A stretch of DNA of 64,000 bases from an uncultured Nitrospiraceae bacterium (GTDB lineage Bacteria; Nitrospirota; Thermodesulfovibrionia; Thermodesulfovibrionales; Dissulfurispiraceae). This document shows, piece by piece, positions 30,533 through 40,480 of the stretch. Positions within the stretch are counted from its first letter, which is position 1. Every line of letters starts with the position of its first letter. The notes below the pieces were generated by a model that made no database searches, was not told the origin of the DNA, and was given only the letters and a program-made list of their open reading frames with translations. Made by a program: the position numbers and the translations under genes. The DNA is taken from the NCBI GenBank assembly GCA_963727805.1, contig CAVSHF010000003.1, positions 416,001 through 480,000 of the forward strand. Direction: 5' to 3'.

Positions 30533-31033
30533 TCGTGATTTTCCGGTACAAACATGGCATACCTACTTTTTTTCTAGACCGTTTAATTTTTCTTGGTCGT
30601 ATCGAGAACCTGCCTCTGTGAAGAGGATTATTTATGTCACCCCAAACGGCTTAATCAATACTTTGAGTGAAAGCCTGGGTGATTATCTAGAGAAATCTTT
30701 CTATCCTGATTTGACAGAATCCTTTCAGGATTCCATTGCTAAGATTTAAGGGCACTTAGAATCTTGCTTTTCTATTTCATAAAAGGTCCATAATATGTGT
30801 AAAAACAAATTTCGTATATTACAGGCGCCTGTTCACGAAACACTTCTTTTATGAACAGAGAGGATTCTCTTGTTCATGAACTTCGCGATTTCCCGTAAAG
30901 ACCTAGAGGGATCGATCTCATAGGTCTCAATTATCTTCATTTTATCGATCGGCGCGAGGCCCAAGCATTTTTTTTACAATGCAGCTTTTTTATGGAAAAT
31001 GTTAATTTATACAAATCAGGAAATTAAGAGAAA

Positions 31034-31168
31034 ATGTGAAACGGCAGATCATGGAAAGAGAGGTTGTCGTGGCCATTATCGGCGGAAGACTCGATTTTGG
31101 TACTTGGGAACAGATATTTTACGGCGAGTTCGATGAAGGGAGAAGAAAAGGGTGTTGCTTAAGATAAT
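31034..31168 (+). pseudogene. Degenerate duplicate of the 3' end of the adjacent yjbQ-family gene
   Basis: About 135 bp matching 31443-31578 with about 8 substitutions and a 1-nt deletion. Confidence 0.85.
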
Positions 31169-31171
31169 CCC

Positions 31172-31588
31172 ATGAGGAGTTTCCGGAAAGAATTATGGTT
31201 CAATGTGCCCGTAAGGCGGGCATTTATCAATATAACCAATGAAGTTGAAGAATGCCTTAAGGAAAGCGCTGTCAAGGAGGGAATTGTCCTTGTTAATGCG
31301 ATGCATATTACGGCATCTGTTTTTATCAACGACGATGAATCAGGCCTCCATCACGACTATGATGTATGGCTTGAAAAACTCGCTCCACATGAACCCGTTT
31401 CTCAATACCGTCACAATGTTGGCGAGGACAATGCCGATGCGCATATGAAACGGCAGATCATGGGAAGAGAGGTCGTCGTGGCGATTACCGGCGGAAGACT
31501 CGATTTTGGTACCTGGGAACAGATATTTTACGGCGAGTTCGATGGAGGGAGAAGAAAGAGGGTGTTGGTTAAGATAATTGGGGAATGA
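31172..31588 (+). CDS. yjbQ: YjbQ/UPF0047 family (secondary thiamine-phosphate synthase) protein
   Basis: [31 protein letters not shown]. Confidence 0.92.
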   Translation: MRSFRKELWFNVPVRRAFINITNEVEECLKESAVKEGIVLVNAMHITASVFINDDESGLHHDYDVWLEKLAPHEPVSQYRHNVGEDNADAHMKRQIMGREVVVAITGGRLDFGTWEQIFYGEFDGGRRKRVLVKIIGE

Positions 31589-31743
31589 ATTGGTCGTCGG
31601 GCTGGATATAACGCAAGCCCAAGGTTACATTGCCATAACGTTTCCTGTTTCCATAAGAGATAGTCGAATACAATTCACATATCAATAGAGATTGCTGACT
31701 TTACCAAATTCTTGTTACATGACTGAATGCAAAGGAGTCCAAT

Positions 31744-31848
31744 TTGCTGGATCAGCAGTTGCGGCAGCTTGAAAAGCAGTTTCTTCAAGAGGGCGGCTTC
31801 ACCGAAAAGCTCTATCAGATGCGACAGAGCACACGTAAAGTAAAATGA
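31744..31848 (+). pseudogene. Isolated four-helix-bundle suffix-domain-like fragment (34 aa)
   Basis: LLDQQLRQLEKQFLQEGGFTEKLYQMR resembles the recalled C-terminal suffix motif of four-helix-bundle proteins; AAGGAG precedes the TTG. Confidence 0.6.
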
Positions 31849-31881
31849 ACAAGATCACTCGTTTCTATCACTGTTATTCCC

Positions 31882-34800
31882 ATGGATAAATCCGTCTTAG
31901 AAAAAGACACAGATATTCTCTTCCCCCATTTCACTGTTCTGAAAGCCTCAGCGGGGTCGGGCAAGACATACGCTCTTTCGCACCGTTTCGTCCAGTATCT
32001 CCTGTCCGAGAGCATTCCAAAAAATCGTTTGCGGAATATCGTTGCTATGACATTCTCGAACAATGCGGCAAAGGAGATGCGGGAGCGCATTCTCCTATGG
32101 CTGAAACTGCTTGCCTTGGGCGATGAAAAGACGCTTATGCAGATATCTAGCCTAGTTTCACTATCGAAGGAGGCTCTGCAAAATAAGGCAAGTCGCGTGC
32201 TTGAGGAGATTCTCGAACAATATGCCGACTTCCAGGTCAGGACAATCGATAGTTTCATGACGACGATATTCAAAGCGTCCGCCGTGGATTTCGGATATAA
32301 TCCCGAGTTCGATATTCTGATGGACAACGCTGCAACAACTGAATATGCTTTTCATCGTTTTTTGCGGTGGGTTGCGCAAGAGTCTGATGACGCCGGATTG
32401 ATAGAAACGATGGTTAGCCGCATCATGGGACAAAAACGCAGTGATGCTGCTTATCTCTGGGATCCATCTGAAAATCTTCTGGATGAAATCAAACAGCTTT
32501 CTCGGACTATTGCAGCGCGCGGAAAGCGGCTCGTTTCCCACGATGCTGCCGACAGTCTCAGGGAGTATGAGTTAAATATAAAGAAGTGTGTTGAGGTGAT
32601 CGATGCTGCAGTGCGGGTCTCCGGCCTCGAAGTCAGCCGTTCCTCGGCATACGCTAGATCTGACATGCCAGCTTTGGTGCGCGAAGGGAGGTTTTCCGAC
32701 CTTGTCGGCAAGAAGCTCGCACTATTGCCAGTGAACAAGCCAAAACGAAAAGAGCCCGGCTTTGCCGAAGCTTATGAAGAGATCCACGGTGTGTGGAAGA
32801 CGCTGCAGGAAAACGTGCATCGCTATACTGTATTGGTTGCTATATCTTTTTATCGTCCATATGTCTCGGTTTTCAAGGCATTCGAGCAGACGATCGAGGA
32901 TGTCAAGCGCAAGCAGAGCGTAATTTTCATCGAGGACATTAACCGCTGTCTTGCAACGTATCTCGACCAATACATTGTTCCGGATATTTATTTCAGGCTA
33001 GGTGAGACTATCAATCACTTTTTCCTCGATGAATTCCAGGACACGTCGCCGATCCAATGGAAGAACCTGTATCCTCTGCTCGAGAATGCGCTTGCGGAGA
33101 GAGGGAGCGTATTTGTAGTCGGCGATACTAAGCAGGCAATCTACGGCTTCCGGGATGCGGACTATCGAATCATGAAGAATGCGGAGGATGAAAATCCTTT
33201 CCCTTCCGCCGCACACAACGTCCGCGAGCTCGAGATGAATTATCGGAGCTGTCCCGAAATTCTCGCCTTCAACGATCGCATATTCAAGCAGGATCTTGCC
33301 CGGAATGAGGATTTGGGCAGTGTAGCGGAGGAGAGCGGTCTGACGAAGTATATACAGCATCCGAATCCCGAATGCGGGATGCCAGGCCATGTGGAACTGC
33401 ATTGTGTCGATATGACCGATGACGGGCATGCTGAGAAGGAAAAGCTGTGTGAGATTATCAAGTCGCTCGAGATGCGGCGGTATCGATATAGCGATATCGC
33501 AATACTGACTCATCGCAACGAAGACGCTGTGCGCATAACCGCCTGGCTTAATGAGCAGCAAATACCTTTCATATCGTTCAGTAGCCTCGATATCCGTCGG
33601 CGAAAGTTGACGGGCGAGATCGTGGCGCTGCTCCGATTCTTGGAATCTCCGACCGACAACCTTCCTTTTGCGGCCTTTCTGCTCGGAGATATCTTTTCAA
33701 GGACGCTTGCGGGCATTTCCAAATCCGACCAGCCAGATTTTCATGCCTTCCTCTTTGAATGCAGACAAAGCGGGCATCTCTATAAGGCATTTCAGGAGCG
33801 CTTTGGCGATCTGTGGGAGCATTATTTCTCGAGGCTTTTCCGCTCATCCGGATATTTCCCGCTGTATGACCTTGTGACACAGGTGTTTCATGTTTTCAGG
33901 CTTTTCGAGATATTTGCCGAAGAAGAGGCCACGCTGATCAAGCTTCTCGAAATAGTGAAAGATTTTGAAGGGCAGGGCTTCAACAGCCTCGGAGACTTTC
34001 TGCGTTTCGCCGAAAGCGAAGATGCATCTGCGGCTGAATGGCACATGAATGTCCCGACCACGCAGGATGCGGTAAAGGTGATGACAATTCATAAAGCCAA
34101 GGGGCTCGGTTTCCCGGTGGCTATCATGATGCTTTTTGAGCACCGTCCACAGGGATTAGGCTATATTGTGAAGGAGGATAAAGAGACTTTTTCACTCTTG
34201 AAGATCACGAAAGATATGGCACAGCTTGACGAAGGGCTGAATGAGCTCTATCAGGCTGCAACCCAGAAAGAGCTTATCAACAGCTTGAACAGCCTGTATG
34301 TCGGATTTACCAGGCCAGAGGAAGAGCTTTATGTGATCGGCGTGACGCGCAAGAGGGAGCAGCTGGCTTATCCTCTGTCTCTTCTGCCATTCACCACATA
34401 TCTCCACTGCAAAGCTCCTGAGCGGCCCGCACCGGACAAGCCGCAAGTCCGGAATTATGTCCAGCTCATGCATCGTCATGCTGAGATTGTATTTCCTTCT
34501 CCAGCTGAAAGGGTGCTGAATCTCAGTGAGAAGCGGCGCGGTGATGTGATTCACTCCATTCTTGCCGGCATACGCCATTTGGACGGGGAGCTGGAGACTA
34601 CTCTGGAACATGCCATTAAACAGGCTGCAGAAAGGTTTGTTTCTTTGAAGTCGGAAGACTTTCTGCTTGATGATGTTTGCAATACGCTCGCGATATTTCT
34701 GCGACATCGGGCGATTGCACCATACTTTCAGCAGCAGCCGGGCAGGACGGCTTGGAACGAGCAGGAGCTTGTCGATGAAGGAGGCCGTCTTTTTCGCGTC

Positions 34801-34992
34801 GACCGCCTGGTGGTGGATCCGGAAGAGATTACGGTTATCGATTACAAGACCGGTAGCGAAGAGAGTGCCGAAGAGCGACATCTTCCGCAGATGCGTAACT
34901 ACCTGCGCATTGTGCACGGACTTTATCCCGGTCGTCTGGTGTCCGGCATCGTCGCATATGTCGACCTCCTGAAAGTGAGGAGGACTTCATGA
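31882..34992 (+). CDS. addA: AddA-like UvrD helicase with C-terminal PD-(D/E)xK nuclease
   Basis: ASAGSGKT, LDEFQDTS, VGDTKQAIYGFR, MTIHKAKGL, YVGFTR, RVDRL..IDYKTG. Confidence 0.88.
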   Translation: MDKSVLEKDTDILFPHFTVLKASAGSGKTYALSHRFVQYLLSESIPKNRLRNIVAMTFSNNAAKEMRERILLWLKLLALGDEKTLMQISSLVSLSKEALQNKASRVLEEILEQYADFQVRTIDSFMTTIFKASAVDFGYNPEFDILMDNAATTEYAFHRFLRWVAQESDDAGLIETMVSRIMGQKRSDAAYLWDPSENLLDEIKQLSRTIAARGKRLVSHDAADSLREYELNIKKCVEVIDAAVRVSGLEVSRSSAYARSDMPALVREGRFSDLVGKKLALLPVNKPKRKEPGFAEAYEEIHGVWKTLQENVHRYTVLVAISFYRPYVSVFKAFEQTIEDVKRKQSVIFIEDINRCLATYLDQYIVPDIYFRLGETINHFFLDEFQDTSPIQWKNLYPLLENALAERGSVFVVGDTKQAIYGFRDADYRIMKNAEDENPFPSAAHNVRELEMNYRSCPEILAFNDRIFKQDLARNEDLGSVAEESGLTKYIQHPNPECGMPGHVELHCVDMTDDGHAEKEKLCEIIKSLEMRRYRYSDIAILTHRNEDAVRITAWLNEQQIPFISFSSLDIRRRKLTGEIVALLRFLESPTDNLPFAAFLLGDIFSRTLAGISKSDQPDFHAFLFECRQSGHLYKAFQERFGDLWEHYFSRLFRSSGYFPLYDLVTQVFHVFRLFEIFAEEEATLIKLLEIVKDFEGQGFNSLGDFLRFAESEDASAAEWHMNVPTTQDAVKVMTIHKAKGLGFPVAIMMLFEHRPQGLGYIVKEDKETFSLLKITKDMAQLDEGLNELYQAATQKELINSLNSLYVGFTRPEEELYVIGVTRKREQLAYPLSLLPFTTYLHCKAPERPAPDKPQVRNYVQLMHRHAEIVFPSPAERVLNLSEKRRGDVIHSILAGIRHLDGELETTLEHAIKQAAERFVSLKSEDFLLDDVCNTLAIFLRHRAIAPYFQQQPGRTAWNEQELVDEGGRLFRVDRLVVDPEEITVIDYKTGSEESAEERHLPQMRNYLRIVHGLYPGRLVSGIVAYVDLLKVRRTS

Positions 34993-37820
34993 AGGCCCGC
35001 CTGCTTTCTCCCCGCGCATCTCTCGTAGATGCGATCTCTGCGGAGCTCGATCACGAAGGAAGAGATTTCTCGATGAACCTCGTCGTCTTTCCTGGCAAAC
35101 GCCCCGCGCATTTTTTACGCAAGACTATTGCTGGTCGCGCAGGCGGCAGTTTTGTGCCGCCTGTCATCCTTTCGATGGACGACTTTATTGATCGAGCCTT
35201 CCTGTCGATCGACGAACGCACAAAGTTAACCCCGCTTGATGCGGTAGCGCTGCTGCACGATATTCACTGCAGCATTGATGAACGAATCGGCGGAGAAGGA
35301 TTTAGGACTCTCGATGCATTTTTCTCGATCGGGCTTAAGCTTTACGGCGATCTTGAAGAATTCCTCATCGAACATATCTCCGTCAGACACCTTCGCGAGT
35401 TGGGTATTACGCCGATAGAGGCTATGCCGAAACCTTCTCTGCAGAGGGTTTCATCGTTCGAGATATTTTACGAGCGTTTTTATCAGAAGATTAATGAGGA
35501 ATGCCTCTCGACCCGCTCTGTCCGCTATCGCACCGTGGCGGAACGGGTCGAAGTTACTAATATTAGAAATTTCAGGAAAATCATATTTGCCGGATTCTTT
35601 GCGCTAACCGCTACAGAAAAAGAGATCTTTAATAAACTTTATAATTTAGAAAACACACTCTTTTTCTTTCAGGATGGCCCGTATATCCGGGGAATGCTTG
35701 AGCAGCTCGGGATCGTTGTTGAAGAGACGAATGTGGATGTCGGTATGCCGACGGTCGTCTTTACTGAAAGTCCGGATACGCACGGCCAGGTCTTCGCTAT
35801 CGCGGACATGATAGCGGCGTTGCGAGATGCAGGCGGGCTCGACGAGAAGAGCACTGTTGTGCTACCTTTGGCAGAGACTCTCTTTCCGCTCCTGCGCCAC
35901 GGGTTGCCCGATTTCGATGACAGGGATTTTAATATCTCGCTCGGCTATCCACTGATCCGCACGCCGCTCTTCGGCTTTCTCCATGCCCTGATGGAACTGA
36001 TAGCGGCTGCTGAAGGGGCGCGAATTTACATACCGGCCTATCTCGCGTTCGTACTCCATCCTTATACAAAAAACATTTACTTCGGTGGCCGAGCCGAGAC
36101 GACCCGCATCATCTTTCATGCAATCGGGGAGTATTATGCCCGTCATACGGCAAAGACCTTCGTTGCGCTTGAAGAAATCGAGTCAGATGGCCGCCTCTTC
36201 AGTCTGATAATGGAGCGCCTGCCGGACGTTGATAATCATATCACGGCAGGCAATATACGGGATCACCTTGCCGGCATTCATCATCAGACGATTCGGCCTT
36301 TTCTCGATCCGGTTAACGTGCGCGATTTCAGCCAAAAGTGCATAGCTCTCCTCACATATATAGCAGAGCAGAGCACGGCGCAGCTGCATCCGCTCTTCTC
36401 GCCTTTTTGTGAGGCATTCATCGAGTCGCTCGACGCTATCGCGCAGTCCCTGCTCGGGACCAGGCGGTTCGAGGAAAGGAGTAATTATTTTACGTTCTTT
36501 AGACGTTATCTGAAAACTCGGTACGCGCCGTTCGAGGGGACACCGTTGCGGGGACTTCAGGTGCTTGGCCTGCTCGAAACTCGTAATATCCGCTTCGATC
36601 GCGTATTTCTTCTGGATGCGAACGAGGATGTCCTGCCGGACACGAAGCGCGAGGATTCGCTCTTGCCGGGCAGAGCGCGAGAACTCCTCGGCCTGCCGAC
36701 CTATCGCGAACGTGACAAGCTTGCCGCATACTATTTCGATGTACTCGTGAAGGGCGCGCAGGAAGTTTCCATTTTCTTTGTCGAAAATAACAGGGAAGAG
36801 AAATCCCGCTTTGTCGAAAAGATCCTGTGGGATCTGCAGCGGCGCGATCGGACGACCAAAAGCAGAGACTATGTCCACTCATTGCAGTATGGCGTTCATC
36901 TTGAAAACCACGTGCCTCAGCCCGTTCCGAAGAATGCTGAGATTGCAGACTTTCTCAGCTCTTTCTCATATAGCGCGACAGCGCTCGATACCTATCTTGC
37001 CTGTCCTCTCAGGTTTTACTACCACTTCGTCCTCAGGGTCGCCGAGCGGTCCGAAGTTGCGGGTAGGATCGAACGAACCGATATCGGCAATCTTGTGCAT
37101 ACTGCACTTGCAGAATATTTTGGAGCGAGGCTAGGACGTCCTCTAACCGAGCACGATCTTAGTCCTAATGAAATGACGGACCGTGTTCGCGGCATTGTTG
37201 AGCATTCATTTGGAGTTGAGCTGTCCGGCAGGGGCTATCTTCTAATGAGGCAGGTGCAAAGGAGGCTCGGTGAGTTTCTAACGCTATACTGCAGGCCGCT
37301 TGTTCATGAAATGCCGGTGGCGATGATTGAAGTCGAAAGAAAAATCAAAGCGCCGTTTCGGGGATTCTTATTGAACGGCAAAATCGATGCGGTGCAGAAG
37401 AGACGCGACCGGACGTTTATCATTGACTACAAGACTTCCGCGAGCCGGAATGCGCTCAGGACTTTATTTAGCCGCCTTGATCCGGAACAGCGCGATACAT
37501 GGTCTGCAATCGGTTCTCTCCAGTTGCCGGTTTATCGCATTCTCTATGCACACGAAAAAAAAACCGGGAGAGCGGGGATCGACGCCCTGTTTTTACTTCT
37601 TGGCATGACGCAAGTCAACGGAGAAATCGAGGTCCCACTTTTCCCGAAAGAAGGCGTAGACTCCGAAATCTTGTCCGCCATGCTCGATGAAGTGATGTTC
37701 CAGCTGCTCTCGGAGATTACTGATCCTTCGATGCCGTTCTATCCGACTGTAGACCGGAAGAAGAACTGCCCGATCTGCGATTATACTTGCATCTGTGGCA
37801 CTCAATGGGTATCTAGATAG
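34989..37820 (+). CDS. addB: AddB-like PD-(D/E)xK nuclease with Fe-S staple Cys
   Basis: ATGA overlap with addA; YLACPLRFY, GKID..IIDYKT, CPICDYTCIC. Confidence 0.85.
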   Translation: MKARLLSPRASLVDAISAELDHEGRDFSMNLVVFPGKRPAHFLRKTIAGRAGGSFVPPVILSMDDFIDRAFLSIDERTKLTPLDAVALLHDIHCSIDERIGGEGFRTLDAFFSIGLKLYGDLEEFLIEHISVRHLRELGITPIEAMPKPSLQRVSSFEIFYERFYQKINEECLSTRSVRYRTVAERVEVTNIRNFRKIIFAGFFALTATEKEIFNKLYNLENTLFFFQDGPYIRGMLEQLGIVVEETNVDVGMPTVVFTESPDTHGQVFAIADMIAALRDAGGLDEKSTVVLPLAETLFPLLRHGLPDFDDRDFNISLGYPLIRTPLFGFLHALMELIAAAEGARIYIPAYLAFVLHPYTKNIYFGGRAETTRIIFHAIGEYYARHTAKTFVALEEIESDGRLFSLIMERLPDVDNHITAGNIRDHLAGIHHQTIRPFLDPVNVRDFSQKCIALLTYIAEQSTAQLHPLFSPFCEAFIESLDAIAQSLLGTRRFEERSNYFTFFRRYLKTRYAPFEGTPLRGLQVLGLLETRNIRFDRVFLLDANEDVLPDTKREDSLLPGRARELLGLPTYRERDKLAAYYFDVLVKGAQEVSIFFVENNREEKSRFVEKILWDLQRRDRTTKSRDYVHSLQYGVHLENHVPQPVPKNAEIADFLSSFSYSATALDTYLACPLRFYYHFVLRVAERSEVAGRIERTDIGNLVHTALAEYFGARLGRPLTEHDLSPNEMTDRVRGIVEHSFGVELSGRGYLLMRQVQRRLGEFLTLYCRPLVHEMPVAMIEVERKIKAPFRGFLLNGKIDAVQKRRDRTFIIDYKTSASRNALRTLFSRLDPEQRDTWSAIGSLQLPVYRILYAHEKKTGRAGIDALFLLLGMTQVNGEIEVPLFPKEGVDSEILSAMLDEVMFQLLSEITDPSMPFYPTVDRKKNCPICDYTCICGTQWVSR

Positions 37821-37900
37821 GCCCTTTACTCCCTTTGCGTTGCCCCTTTGTCATGGTGCGTGTTAAACTCTAACAAGCCGAATGCGGCGTGGAGGTGTCT

Positions 37901-38674
37901 ATGGGAATCCTGCAACCGACGCTGATGACCTTTGTCTTTCTCGTTATTCTGGCAGTTTATGTTCTTTCGAGCGCTATCAAGGTTCTAAAGGAGTATGAGA
38001 GGGGTGTTGTCTTCAGGCTTGGAAGAATCATACCGGTGAAGGGTCCCGGTCTTGTGCTCATATGGCCTATCATCGACAAGCTTGTTAAGGTGAGCTTACG
38101 TACTGTTACTATGGATGTCCCTCCACAGGACATTATCACGAAAGATAATATAACGGTCAAAGTGAACGCTGTTCTTTACTTCCGCCCCGTTGACCCAGTC
38201 AAGGCCATAACGGAGGTCGAAGATTTTTACTATGCTACATCACAGATATCACAGACCTCTTTGAGGAGCATTCTCGGCCGGAGCCAGCTCGATGACTTGC
38301 TTGCCAAAAGGGATGAACTGAGTGCGGAGCTTCAGAAGGTGATCGATGCACAGACCGAGCCGTGGGGTGTAAAGGTATCGGCTGTCGAGGTTAAAAATGT
38401 GGATCTTCCCCAAGAAATGCTGCGGGCCATTGCGCGACAGGCAGAAGCAGAGAGGGAACGGCGAGCAAAGGTAATCCATGCCGAGGGCGAATTCCAAGCA
38501 TCCCAAAAACTTGCTGACGCCGCTAAAATTATCTCATCTGAACCTGCTACTCTTCAACTCAGGTTCCTGCAAACACTTACTGAAATCGCAACCGAAAAGA
38601 ATTCGACGATAATTTTCCCAGTGCCGATCGATTTGATCGCACCTTTTCTTAAGCAGTACGTAAAAGAGAAATAG
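37901..38674 (+). CDS. SPFH/band 7 (slipin, stomatin-like) protein
   Basis: [52 protein letters not shown]. Confidence 0.95.
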   Translation: MGILQPTLMTFVFLVILAVYVLSSAIKVLKEYERGVVFRLGRIIPVKGPGLVLIWPIIDKLVKVSLRTVTMDVPPQDIITKDNITVKVNAVLYFRPVDPVKAITEVEDFYYATSQISQTSLRSILGRSQLDDLLAKRDELSAELQKVIDAQTEPWGVKVSAVEVKNVDLPQEMLRAIARQAEAERERRAKVIHAEGEFQASQKLADAAKIISSEPATLQLRFLQTLTEIATEKNSTIIFPVPIDLIAPFLKQYVKEK

Positions 38675-38770
38675 ATCATAGCGCCGGATGCGAGTGGGGT
38701 AAGTAACATTACGGAGCAAGAGAAAGCCAGACGGCGGGGATGGCTCAGGCTTTTCTTCCTTTTATTAATC

Positions 38771-39487
38771 GTGGGCGGATTAACATTCGTCCTCTATCAA
38801 ACGGGGGTGATCTCCTTTTTCCTTAATGAAAAGGAGATGCTCCATTTCATTGATTCTCTTGGACCACTAGGTTTAGTTGGATTCATAGCTCTTCAGGTGC
38901 TACAGGTGGTACTTGCGCCTATTCCCGGAGAGGTTACGGGCCTTATAGGGGGGTATCTGTATGGTCCCGTGATGGGTGTTGTATGGTCGACAATCGGGTT
39001 GACCCTGGGGTCCTATATAGCTTTCGCTCTCGGCAGGATTCTTGGTCGGCCCTTTGTCGAAAAATTCATAGATAAGTCAATTCTGAAAAAGTTCGACTAT
39101 CTTCTCCATCATAAAGGGGCATTTCTCATCTTCCTTCTTTTCCTCATTCCCGGCACGCCCAAGGATTATCTCTGCTATATACTGGGTCTTGGTCATCTAT
39201 CGACGATGGAATTCCTTGTCATCGGCGGCGTCGGGCGGCTTTTCGGCACTATTCTTCTTACGGTGGGGGGAGATTTTATAAGACACCAGCAATACAGGGA
39301 GTTCTCAATCCTTGCGGGTATCACCATTATTGTGATCCTTCTAGCAATGATGTTTAAAGGGAAGCTTGAGAGGTTCTTCAGGATATGGCATATCACTTCT
39401 TATAAGAAGAGAAAGACAAAACCGATCGCAAAGCCGGAGAATCGGCGTTCAAGATCAAAACCTGCGTCATTGCAGGAAAAGAAGTAG
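38771..39487 (+). CDS. TVP38/TMEM64 (VTT/DedA) membrane protein; true start uncertain
   Basis: LQVVLAPIPGE, GGYLYG, FLIPGTPKD. Confidence 0.88.
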   Translation: MGGLTFVLYQTGVISFFLNEKEMLHFIDSLGPLGLVGFIALQVLQVVLAPIPGEVTGLIGGYLYGPVMGVVWSTIGLTLGSYIAFALGRILGRPFVEKFIDKSILKKFDYLLHHKGAFLIFLLFLIPGTPKDYLCYILGLGHLSTMEFLVIGGVGRLFGTILLTVGGDFIRHQQYREFSILAGITIIVILLAMMFKGKLERFFRIWHITSYKKRKTKPIAKPENRRSRSKPASLQEKK

Positions 39488-39492
39488 AGGCA

Positions 39493-40473
39493 TTACCACT
39501 TTATCAGGGCCGAGCCCCAGGTAAGTCCCGCACCAAAGGCCTCAAGCAGGATATAGTCCCCTGTCCTTATTCTTCCCATATTTAAGGCCTCAACCATCGC
39601 AATGGGAATGGAAGCGGCAGAAGTGTTCCCATACTTTTCGATATTGATCATGACCTTATCCATGGGCAATCCGAGCCTTTTGGCGGTAGCCTGGATGATC
39701 CGCAGATTCGCCTGGTGGGGAATGAGGAGTGCAAGCTGGGATGCCTTGATATTGTTCTTTTCCAAGGTCTCGAGTGCGATACTTTCAAGTGTCTTGACCG
39801 CCACCTTAAAGGTTTCATTCCCTTTCATATTGATATAGTGGAGCCGCTTGCTGATCGTTTCTTTCGAACAGGGAAGCCTCGATCCTCCGGCTGGCACTGT
39901 GATGTAGTCCCACAGACTGCCGTCCGAATGGATGTGGGTAGACATGATTCCGCTGTCATCCGTTGAGGGTTCAATGATTGCCGCTCCGGCACCGTCCCCA
40001 AAGAGAACGCAGGTCCCTCTGTCCTCCCAATCGGTAAACCGTGAGAGAGTCTCAACACCGACGAGAAGTATTCTTTCCCGTGCTTCTGATTTTATGAAGC
40101 TCTCTGCTATGGAGAGACCGTATATAAAGCCGGAGCACGCAGCAGCGATATCAAATGCAGCGGCATTTATGGCATTGAGGCGATTTTGAAGCAGGCATGC
40201 AGTAGATGGGAAGGGCATATCACCCGAAACAGACGCTACGATGATCATATCAAGGTCTTTCGCCTTAACCCCCGCCTTCTTAAGAGCAATCAGGGAAGCC
40301 TCATAGGCGAGGTCAGACGTAGCCTGGTTTTTCAGCGCAATTCTCCGCTCTCTTATACCCGTCCTCTCGATGATCCATTCGTCGGAGGTATCGACCTTTT
40401 TTTCAAGATCGCGATTAGTGATCGTGTTTTCGGGAACATATGAGCCTATGGAAACAATCTTCGCTTTTGGCAT
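39493..40473 (-). CDS. fabH: 3-oxoacyl-ACP synthase III
   Basis: AACSGF, LFGDGAGA, PHQANLRI, GNTSAASIP, FGAGLTWG. Confidence 0.97.
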   Translation of the reverse strand: MPKAKIVSIGSYVPENTITNRDLEKKVDTSDEWIIERTGIRERRIALKNQATSDLAYEASLIALKKAGVKAKDLDMIIVASVSGDMPFPSTACLLQNRLNAINAAAFDIAAACSGFIYGLSIAESFIKSEARERILLVGVETLSRFTDWEDRGTCVLFGDGAGAAIIEPSTDDSGIMSTHIHSDGSLWDYITVPAGGSRLPCSKETISKRLHYINMKGNETFKVAVKTLESIALETLEKNNIKASQLALLIPHQANLRIIQATAKRLGLPMDKVMINIEKYGNTSAASIPIAMVEALNMGRIRTGDYILLEAFGAGLTWGSALIKW

Positions 40474-40480
40474 ATGCGTT

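Noticed and set aside
30740..30770. c-di-GMP-II riboswitch suggested by GGGCACTT
   Set aside because: The downstream pseudoknot partner GTGCAACC is absent
31034..31578. yjbQ repeat pair as a diversity-generating retroelement TR/VR
   Set aside because: Mismatches include C/T and C/G changes and an indel, so they are not adenine-specific; no reverse transcriptase in the window
31882..37820. Helicase-nuclease pair as a novel defence system or Cas4
   Set aside because: Size, order, overlap and motifs fit housekeeping AddAB-type DNA repair
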